Shown: positions 56,897 through 64,000 of the stretch, piece after piece
How the letters are laid out: every line of letters starts with the position of its first letter
Numbering within the stretch: position 1 is the stretch's first letter
Origin: Asticcacaulis sp. UBA2476
GTDB lineage: Bacteria; Pseudomonadota; Alphaproteobacteria; Caulobacterales; Caulobacteraceae
NCBI GenBank assembly: GCA_002342035.1
Contig: DDPE01000075.1
Coordinates: 12,776-76,775, forward strand
Length of the DNA stretch: 64,000 nucleotides
Reading direction: 5' to 3'
The notes under the pieces: model-generated
What the model was told of the DNA's origin: nothing
Databases searched by the model: none
What the model saw: the letters and a program-made list of their open reading frames with translations, nothing else
Program-made: the position numbers and the translations under genes

Positions 56897-59095
56897 CTAG
56901 GTCCGCGCAGCCTTTGACAGGGTTTCAGGTAACAGGGGCAGCTTCCTCACGCGCACGCCGGTTGCGGCAAAGATGGCATTGCACACGGCAGGTATCACGG
57001 GCGGCAGGGCGGGTTCGCCCAATCCCGTAGGTCCATTATCCGACAGCTCAAAATGCAGGTCGATGTGCGGGGCCTGCGACATACGGATCATCGGGATGTC
57101 CTGAAAATTACTCTGCACCGCGCGACCCTTATCGAAGGTAATCTCCGACATCATTTCACCGATCCCATCCATGACCGAACCTTCGACTTGATTTGCCGCG
57201 CCCGTAGGATTGATGATTGTGCGGCCGACATCGCCAACCACCCAAACCTTCAGCACCTTCCAGTTACCGTCATCATCGACCTTGACCTTGGCCACTTCGG
57301 CAAAATAGCCGCGATGACTGAAATAGGTCGCCACGCCATAGCCGATGCCGTTGCCGGATTTGGCCGCGTCCCAACCGCTGCGGGTGCGTAAAGTCTCAAG
57401 CACGGCCTTGAGGCGTTTAGGCTGATAAGACGCGCCGCGTTCACCGTCTTTAACTGGGCGAGGTGACGCAATCGCCGCCTCGACGATCTCCTGACGCAGG
57501 GTGAACGGGTCTTTATTCAACGCGCCGGCGATTTCATCAAGGAAGCACTCATGCACAAAGCCCAGCGCATTGGATGACGGGGCGCGCAGATATCCGGTGG
57601 GGATCAGCGTCTCGATCAGGTGCTGTTCAAGGGCATAGTTTTCGCTTATCAGCGGCACAAAATCGTGCGGGCCGATACCGGCCCCCTGCGCCACCTTGCC
57701 GTCGCGGGCAAAGGTCACAGCACGGGCCTTATAGGCCGTGATCTTGCCACCGTCGATGGCCGCCTCAAACCTATGGTAGTTGCCGGGACGGAAATAATCA
57801 TAGGCGACATCGTCTTCACGCGTCCAGATAAGCTTGACCGGCACACCGGCCTTTTGGGCAATGGCCGCGGCTTCGACCATATAGTCGTTTTCCAGTCTGC
57901 GTCCAAAGCCACCACCGCAGCGGATCATGTGGATGGTGATCTTATCCTCAGCTATGCCTAAAGCCTTGGCGACATGGGGTCGGCCCCACGCGGGGGCCTG
58001 AGTCGGGGCCCAGATTTCAACGCCGTCAGCCGTGACCTTGGCCGTGCAGTTTTGCGGCTCCATCGGGACGTGGGCGAGGAATGGCGTCTCAAACCAGGCC
58101 TCGATCTTCTTGGTGGCCTTGCTGAGGGCGGCATCGGCATCGCCGTTTGAGGCTACCGAAGCGCCTTTGGTCTTCGCCAGTTCTTTGGCCTTGGCGGCAT
58201 AGGTTGCACTATCGTGGGGCGCGCCCACGGCATCATCCCAGACAACCTCTAACTGATCGCGCGCGGCCCTGGCGTACCACCACTTATCGGCGACGATAGC
58301 CACCCCGTCCTGAAGGCTGTGAAAATCGCCTGACCCTTGCAACGTAAAGACATGGGTGATGCCTTTTAAGGCTTTGATGACATCGATATTGGCCGATTTC
58401 AGTTTCGCGCCGTAAACCGGCGGCTTGACGAAGACGGCATATTTCATGCCGGGGACCACCACGTCGATACCGAAGATTGGCTTGCCTGCGACAATGGCCG
58501 GGCTGTCGTAGCCGCCTTTGGATTTGCCGATGATGGTAAAGGCGCTGTCAGGCTTTAAGGTTACGCTGGCCGGGTCGGGAAGCTTGAGTTTCGCGGCCGC
58601 GCTCACCAGCTTTCTGTAGCCAATAGACGCGCCTGTGGCCTTATGGTGAACCACGCCCGCCTCAACCGTCAGTTCATTGACGGGTTTTTTAAGCGCTGCC
58701 GCCGCCGCCTCAACCAGAACCGCGCGGGTGGCCGCGCCCACCCGGCGCATCGGTTCATAGTTCATCGGGGTCGACATCGACCCGCCCGCAAACTGCGCCC
58801 CAAAGCGTTTTTCGTCGGCAGGCGCGGTCTCAATACGCACCTGTTCCCAGGCCACATCCATTTCTTCGGCGATCAGCATGGGCAGCATGGTCTTAATGCC
58901 CTGACCGATTTCGGGGTTCTTGGCACGGATGGTGACTGTGCCGTCAGGGGCTATGGCGACATAATCGCCCAGACGGGTAGCGCCTTCGTTGGCGGCCACG
59001 GCATCAAAGCCGAACCCGACCACAAGCGCACCGCTTGCGGCCATACCGGAGGCGAGGAACAGTCTGCGTGAAGGTTTAAAAGAAGCGTCATCCAT
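56897..59095 (-). CDS. Molybdopterin oxidoreductase large subunit (isoquinoline 1-oxidoreductase beta-like) with Tat signal
   Basis: SRRLFL twin-Arg, EIGQG, AGGSMS, HVPMEP, GGGFGRR, GLGEP, NAIFAATG.R.R.LP. Confidence 0.93.
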   Translation of the reverse strand: MDDASFKPSRRLFLASGMAASGALVVGFGFDAVAANEGATRLGDYVAIAPDGTVTIRAKNPEIGQGIKTMLPMLIAEEMDVAWEQVRIETAPADEKRFGAQFAGGSMSTPMNYEPMRRVGAATRAVLVEAAAAALKKPVNELTVEAGVVHHKATGASIGYRKLVSAAAKLKLPDPASVTLKPDSAFTIIGKSKGGYDSPAIVAGKPIFGIDVVVPGMKYAVFVKPPVYGAKLKSANIDVIKALKGITHVFTLQGSGDFHSLQDGVAIVADKWWYARAARDQLEVVWDDAVGAPHDSATYAAKAKELAKTKGASVASNGDADAALSKATKKIEAWFETPFLAHVPMEPQNCTAKVTADGVEIWAPTQAPAWGRPHVAKALGIAEDKITIHMIRCGGGFGRRLENDYMVEAAAIAQKAGVPVKLIWTREDDVAYDYFRPGNYHRFEAAIDGGKITAYKARAVTFARDGKVAQGAGIGPHDFVPLISENYALEQHLIETLIPTGYLRAPSSNALGFVHECFLDEIAGALNKDPFTLRQEIVEAAIASPRPVKDGERGASYQPKRLKAVLETLRTRSGWDAAKSGNGIGYGVATYFSHRGYFAEVAKVKVDDDGNWKVLKVWVVGDVGRTIINPTGAANQVEGSVMDGIGEMMSEITFDKGRAVQSNFQDIPMIRMSQAPHIDLHFELSDNGPTGLGEPALPPVIPAVCNAIFAATGVRVRKLPLLPETLSKAART

Positions 59096-59098
59096 AAC

Positions 59099-59578
59099 TT
59101 AAGCCTCCCGCGTGTCGGTCAGTGCCATACCGGCGGCTGATTTAATGGCTTCGCGGATGCGCTTATAGGTGGCGCAGCGGCACAGATTACCCTCCATGGC
59201 CGCATCGATATCATCGTCGATCGGTTTGGGCGTGGCTTGCAGCAAGGCCGCCGCCGACATGATCTGACCGGCCTGACAATAGCCGCATTGCATGACATCA
59301 ACCTCAAGCCACGCCTTTTGCAGAGCCTTGCCCTGAGCGGTGGCACCTATGGCCTCAATCGTCGTGATCTTGGCACCGGCCTCAAGCGAGCCCACAGGTG
59401 TCGCGCACGATCTTACCGCCACACCATCGACATGGACCGTGCAGGCTCCGCACTGGGCCACGCCACAGCCAAACTTGGTGCCGGGAAGCTCAAGCTCATC
59501 GCGCAGCGCCCATAGCAGCGGCATGTCTTCGGGCACATCAAGCCGGTGTGCCTTGCCATTAACGGTAAGTGTGATCAT
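59099..59578 (-). CDS. (2Fe-2S) small subunit (IorA-like)
   Basis: [32 protein letters not shown] 59578 with CAGGAGG RBS. Confidence 0.93.
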   Translation of the reverse strand: MITLTVNGKAHRLDVPEDMPLLWALRDELELPGTKFGCGVAQCGACTVHVDGVAVRSCATPVGSLEAGAKITTIEAIGATAQGKALQKAWLEVDVMQCGYCQAGQIMSAAALLQATPKPIDDDIDAAMEGNLCRCATYKRIREAIKSAAGMALTDTREA

Positions 59579-59676
59579 CCGCCAGCCTCCTGAAATCCCT
59601 GATGCCCATAAGGCTATATCATCGCCGGATAATGGCAACTCTGTGGCCAGTAAAAGCGCTGTGAAATAAAAGATGG

Positions 59677-61341
59677 CTACTCGATGATCAGCAGCGTAAC
59701 CCCCTGCCGGACCAGCGTGATATCCAGTGCAGCCGCCCCCTTAGTGACGGTCAAAGGGGCAAGGGTTTTGGGGTGCATGACCGATGCCGCCTCAAGCACC
59801 TTATACTGATCCTGATCGGGCGACTGCGGTGAGCCCATTTTTTGCCATTCGGCATAGGCATTGGCTGTGTGTGGATCGACCAGATACTGCGTGATTTTGC
59901 GGGTTTTGGCCTTACCCAATCCGGACAGTTTAAGGTTGAGGTTCGCGTCCGGCCCTTTCAGGTCGTTGTCATTGTAGTGCCAGACCATAACCGCAATTTT
60001 TGAACCGTCACGCGTGGCCATGACGCCGACATCGTTCTTTTGCGTCACGCCTGCGATCATATCATCGAGCGGCAATTGCGCCGAACTGCTTGCGGCAACA
60101 GATTCAGGCCCCAGCTTGGCATACATGCGAAAGACATTGAGCACGGGCAGATCAATGCCATTGCTGGCCAACTGGCGGTAACCGGCAAACCACGGCTGAT
60201 CCTCAAAGGTAAAGGCCCAGGTCAGTACCCCGTCGAGATTGACCTGATGCCGCGCCGATAGCTCCCAGATGCGCGCAAAGGACGCCGCAGTATAGCTGGA
60301 ATACATAGTGCCGTTGCGATAACCGTTTTGCGGGCCGGGGCAGGCGGCGCAGCCTTCCGGATCGCTCTCGCCAATGACGATCGGGGTGTTCTTATGCTCC
60401 GGTATGGCGGCAATTTTCTTGAAGCCATTCTCGACGGCTTTCAGATGGTTATTCATGCCCATCTGAACATGTCCATCCACAAATTTGGGACTGCCCTTGG
60501 CATGGAACGCCAGAAAGTCCGTAGGTGTTCCGGTCTCGCCGGTGGCGTAGTTTTTACCCGACACAACGTGCTTTAAGAAGCCGTCCATAAACGCGCCGCC
60601 TGAACCGGCCACATCCGGCCCGCCGACCTTGGCTTCGGGTAGGGCGCGTTTGACCCCGGCAATGGCGTAATCGTGGGTCTTGTAAAATTCTTCGGGTGTG
60701 CCCTTCCAGTAGGACGGGCCGTTCGGTTCGTTCCAGACCTCGAAATACCAGGTCAGAACCTCGTCCCGGCCGTATTTTTCGACATTGTGCCTGGTCCATT
60801 GATAGACCAGTTCTTCCCATTTATTGTAGTCGTTGGGCGGATAGTTCCAGCCGCCTTCGATCAGTTCGTACTTGAATCCGGGCCGCCACGAATGGCGGTA
60901 AGGCATATTTTGGGGGGCTGACGACAGGGCTTCTGGCATAAAGCCGATCTGGAGATAGGGCCGCACCCCGCGCTCAAGATATGAGTCGATAATCATATCG
61001 GTGATCATCCAGTTATAGACCGGATTGCCGTCCTTATCTTCGGTATAGGCGTTGGTTGAGCCCCACTTGAAAGCGGCGGTGCCATCGCCGGTATTGAGCA
61101 GGTTGTGGGCGCGGAAATAGACCTGATTGGGTTTAAGTTCACCCAGATGGGTCAGCAGTTTCTGGCCGTCCTTCATGGTGGCGTAGTTGGGCTCATCAGC
61201 CCCGAAAAAGCGCCAGACCGGCTTGAGCGGGCCGGTCGGTTTTGAGGCATCGACGGTGATGGTCACCGGAAAGCTGTCCTGTGCGGTGGCAGGCAGAGCT
61301 AAAGCCAGCAGGGCCGCTGAAAGGGTAAGGATATGGCGCAT
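59677..61341 (-). CDS. GH39 beta-xylosidase-like glycoside hydrolase, secreted
   Basis: [29 protein letters not shown]. Real start ATG 61341 with signal peptide [20 protein letters not shown]. Confidence 0.9.
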   Translation of the reverse strand: MRHILTLSAALLALALPATAQDSFPVTITVDASKPTGPLKPVWRFFGADEPNYATMKDGQKLLTHLGELKPNQVYFRAHNLLNTGDGTAAFKWGSTNAYTEDKDGNPVYNWMITDMIIDSYLERGVRPYLQIGFMPEALSSAPQNMPYRHSWRPGFKYELIEGGWNYPPNDYNKWEELVYQWTRHNVEKYGRDEVLTWYFEVWNEPNGPSYWKGTPEEFYKTHDYAIAGVKRALPEAKVGGPDVAGSGGAFMDGFLKHVVSGKNYATGETGTPTDFLAFHAKGSPKFVDGHVQMGMNNHLKAVENGFKKIAAIPEHKNTPIVIGESDPEGCAACPGPQNGYRNGTMYSSYTAASFARIWELSARHQVNLDGVLTWAFTFEDQPWFAGYRQLASNGIDLPVLNVFRMYAKLGPESVAASSSAQLPLDDMIAGVTQKNDVGVMATRDGSKIAVMVWHYNDNDLKGPDANLNLKLSGLGKAKTRKITQYLVDPHTANAYAEWQKMGSPQSPDQDQYKVLEAASVMHPKTLAPLTVTKGAAALDITLVRQGVTLLIIE

Positions 61342-61352
61342 TTTATGTCTCC

Positions 61353-61474
61353 TCCCTCTCCCTGCAAGCGGGGAGAGGGTTGGGGTGAGGGGCAAAAATC
61401 TGAACGCATTGAAAGGCCTGTGGCCCCTCATCCGGTGCTTCGCACCGTCTTCTCTCCGTGCACGGGGAGAAGGA
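61353..61474. repeat. Pair of REP-like palindromic elements between GH2 and GH39
   Basis: CCCTCTCCCTGCAAGCGGGGAGAGGGTTGGGGTGAGGGGCA (near-identical to 39898-39938) and GCCCCTCATCCGGTGCTTCGCACCGTCTTCTCTCCGTGCACGGGGAGAAGG. Confidence 0.85.
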
Positions 61475-61477
61475 ATA

Positions 61478-63847
61478 CTACTTCCTTGCATCCAGCGTCA
61501 CGGTCGCGGGTTTAAGTCCTTTCGCGTTGACAGTGATCTTGATCTTACCGGTGGTTTCGGTCGCGCGCACCATCACCAGAGCCCGACCGTTCCATGCCTT
61601 ACGAGTCGGAGACTGGAACACGGTCGAGTCTGTCGGATCACCATTGTCAAAGGCCGCCAATTGTCCGGCGCCCTCGACGGAGACGGTCAGCTTTTGCGAG
61701 GCGTTTGGCACGCGCACACCCTTGGCATCGACGACTTCGGCGCGGATATACCCCACATCATCAAAGGTCGGGGCAATGGCGGTTTGTTCGGCGATCAGAC
61801 GCACCGCCGCCGGTGCCCCGGCGGTTTTCAGTTCATCCTCAGCCACCTTTTTGCCTGCGCCATCATAGGCCACCACCCGGATCGTACCGGCGGCATAAGC
61901 CGCATCATATTTGATGGCGCTGTCGTCAGCATTACGTGGCTTTTTGCCGAGGGACTTACCATTCAGAAACAGCTCAACCTCAGCCGCATTGGTGACGATC
62001 TCGACCTTTTCGGTGTGCGCTGAGCTGTCAGACGGCGTCCAGTCATTGAGCACACCCGGCCCTTTGGGTTGCGGCATGGCAACACCGACCATAGTCGGCA
62101 GTTCGGACGTGTCGATGACTTCGGTGACGCGGCGGCCGATCTTGACGACGGGGGTTTCTGACCACCACGACGCCCGCTCCCAGCCGATCGGTTTGACCAC
62201 ATCCGTACGGTCAACCAGCCCCGACGGATTGGAAATGAACGGCCAGCCGGCGCGGTCGGCCTCCCCCAGATAGTCCGCTCCGGTCCACAGGAACATGCCC
62301 GCATAGGCCGGATTATCGCGCACCGGCAGCCAGTTGGCGCGGTTCTTACCGTTTTCCGTGCCGATAATCTTACGGGTTGGTTTATCGGCGTGGGCCTTGG
62401 TCAGTTCATTCTCGCGGTAGTTTTGGCCGACCACATCCAACATGTCGGCCAGACCGTTTTCATAGTCCTTCGTGGTGTTGGGCCGGAACAGAGCCATGGT
62501 CACCGGCCGCGACGGGTCTTCGGTATTGAAGATGGTTTTCAGGCGGGCGACGATCGATTTGGCCACCACCGGATAGGGGGTGTCGTGGATCTCATTGCCG
62601 ATCGACCAGATGACGACCGACGGGTGATTACGGTCGCGCTTAACGAAATCGCGGGCATCCAGCGACGACCAGTCGGTGAAGAACAGGTGATAATCGTTCG
62701 GGCTCTTGGCCACCGTCCACATGTCAAAAGCTTCGTTCATGACGACAATGCCCAGCCGGTCACACAGGTCTAGGAACTCCGGTGAGAACGGGTGGTGGGC
62801 GGTGCGGATGGCATTGACACCGAGCGCCTGAAGACCGCGCAGGCGGCGCTCATAAAACGATAGCGGCACTGCCATACCGAACGCGCCGCCATCGGCATGA
62901 ATGGCTGTGCCTTTGAGCTTTACATTTTTGCCATTGATCCAAAAGCCAGTGTCGGCGCGGAACTCGGTCTGCCGCACGCCAAAGGTCTGGGTGTCGGTTT
63001 CCAGAATGTCACCGGTATCGGAGATGACCTTAATGTCGGCGCGGTAGAGGTTGCCCTGACCGATATCCCACAGTTTGGGGTTGGGGATCGCGCCCTCTGC
63101 GTTCAGCTTAAGGCTTCGACCGACCGGCAGGGTCTGGGGCGCGCCTTTGAATGTACCGGCGGGCTTGCCGTCAGGGCCGGTCAGGCTGACCTCCAGATGG
63201 GCGGTGCGCTCGGATTTCGAGCGGTTGATGATGGCACTTTCGACCTTAACCGTGGCGCGGTCTGCGGCGATGACGGGCGTGGTGACATAGGTGCCCCAGC
63301 CGTCGACATGGATATCGCCCGACGTGATCAGCTTGACGTGGCGATAGATGCCGCCTCCGGCATACCAGCGTGAGGCCGGCTGCGCCGAGGTATCCGCCCG
63401 CACGGCGATGACGTTGTCCTGACCGTATTTCAGATGCGGCGTGATCTCATAGCGCACGCTGGAATAGCCGTTGGGCCGGTGACCGACATGGTGGCCATTG
63501 ATCCACACGCCGCCGCGTTCCATGATGCCGTCAAATTCGATAAAGACGCGCTTACCCTTATCGGTTTCCGGCAGGGTGAAGGGTTTGCGATACCAGACCA
63601 CGCCGGTCGGCAGCCAGCCGCCGGAGCCGGTCGACGGCGCATACTGATCAAACGGCCCGGCAATGGCCCAGTCGTGGGGCAGGCTAACCTTTTCCCAGCC
63701 CGCGCCTGCGCCCGCTATGGTTTCCGCCCCCGCGATATCGCCCTTGGCAAACACCCAGCCTGAGTCGAAATTTTGCGTGGTGGTTTGAGCCGATACTGAT
63801 GACGCAAACAAAAGTGCCGCCGTTATGGCCGCATAAACTGTACGCAT
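61478..63847 (-). CDS. GH2 beta-galactosidase-like glycoside hydrolase, secreted
   Basis: LPHDW, WYRK.F, SRWY.GGGIYR, NAIRTAH, RDRNHPSVVIWSIGNE, FLWTG.DYLGE. Confidence 0.93.
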   Translation of the reverse strand: MRTVYAAITAALLFASSVSAQTTTQNFDSGWVFAKGDIAGAETIAGAGAGWEKVSLPHDWAIAGPFDQYAPSTGSGGWLPTGVVWYRKPFTLPETDKGKRVFIEFDGIMERGGVWINGHHVGHRPNGYSSVRYEITPHLKYGQDNVIAVRADTSAQPASRWYAGGGIYRHVKLITSGDIHVDGWGTYVTTPVIAADRATVKVESAIINRSKSERTAHLEVSLTGPDGKPAGTFKGAPQTLPVGRSLKLNAEGAIPNPKLWDIGQGNLYRADIKVISDTGDILETDTQTFGVRQTEFRADTGFWINGKNVKLKGTAIHADGGAFGMAVPLSFYERRLRGLQALGVNAIRTAHHPFSPEFLDLCDRLGIVVMNEAFDMWTVAKSPNDYHLFFTDWSSLDARDFVKRDRNHPSVVIWSIGNEIHDTPYPVVAKSIVARLKTIFNTEDPSRPVTMALFRPNTTKDYENGLADMLDVVGQNYRENELTKAHADKPTRKIIGTENGKNRANWLPVRDNPAYAGMFLWTGADYLGEADRAGWPFISNPSGLVDRTDVVKPIGWERASWWSETPVVKIGRRVTEVIDTSELPTMVGVAMPQPKGPGVLNDWTPSDSSAHTEKVEIVTNAAEVELFLNGKSLGKKPRNADDSAIKYDAAYAAGTIRVVAYDGAGKKVAEDELKTAGAPAAVRLIAEQTAIAPTFDDVGYIRAEVVDAKGVRVPNASQKLTVSVEGAGQLAAFDNGDPTDSTVFQSPTRKAWNGRALVMVRATETTGKIKITVNAKGLKPATVTLDARK

Positions 63848-64000
63848 GGATATCTCCCTGTAGCCATTGAGGCCTTATGTCTCCAACCGCGTGAGAAGTT
63901 GTGACAAATTATGTTTGATTATGACTAGATTTGAAAAATGCCCGCTTGTCAATCAGACGATATTTGACCGGGCCGCGATTACCGTTAGGTTGTCACGACT

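Noticed and set aside
59650-59667. AAAAGCGCTGTGAAA as a LacI operator upstream of iorA
   Set aside because: Only the 6-bp AGCGCT core is symmetric.
61342-61491. 50-aa N-terminal extension of GH39 in the ORF track
   Set aside because: It is translated repeat sequence. The signal peptide and RBS identify ATG 61341 as the start.

Overview
This is a GC-rich (~60%) alphaproteobacterial chromosomal window. Gene content, intergenic repeat types and CtrA/GANTC-like motifs suggest Caulobacteraceae, probably Asticcacaulis-like (inference). I found no rRNA, tRNA, CRISPR array, integrase or transposase. Blocks from left to right: (1) 1-10.4 kb, a minus-strand 9-gene envelope-modification operon (MBOAT, SGNH-like protein, ACP, AMP-ligase, FabG-like SDR, GT2, GT-C-like membrane protein, extended SDR, FeS-motif GMC oxidoreductase running off the left edge); (2) 12-21.4 kb, a glucuronoxylan/uronate locus (manD-uxaC-GH67, a divergent TonB receptor, a FadR-type regulator) with visible operators; (3) a PAS chemoreceptor, AIM24 protein and PL10 lyase; (4) 25-33.4 kb, a MoxR/DUF58/SpoIIM/RDD/DUF4350/DUF4129 cluster plus a convergent tandem paralog pair; (5) 33.4-48.2 kb, a branched-chain amino acid catabolic island (LysR-liuBCDAE; Lrp-fused IOR-LeuDH-HIBCH); (6) a TonB-type barrel, GH43-like hydrolase, kduD, Gre-like factor and ChaA; (7) GH2-GH39 followed by a Tat-exported molybdoenzyme operon coupled to a PLP dehydratase. 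The best candidates for something undescribed are the Dlt/Alg-like acyl-glycan operon, the MoxR cluster with a low-GC variable insert, REP-like repeats that appear to supply ribosome-binding sites, and a 14-bp inverted repeat enclosing the chemoreceptor start codon. All product calls come from reading motifs, not from database searches.
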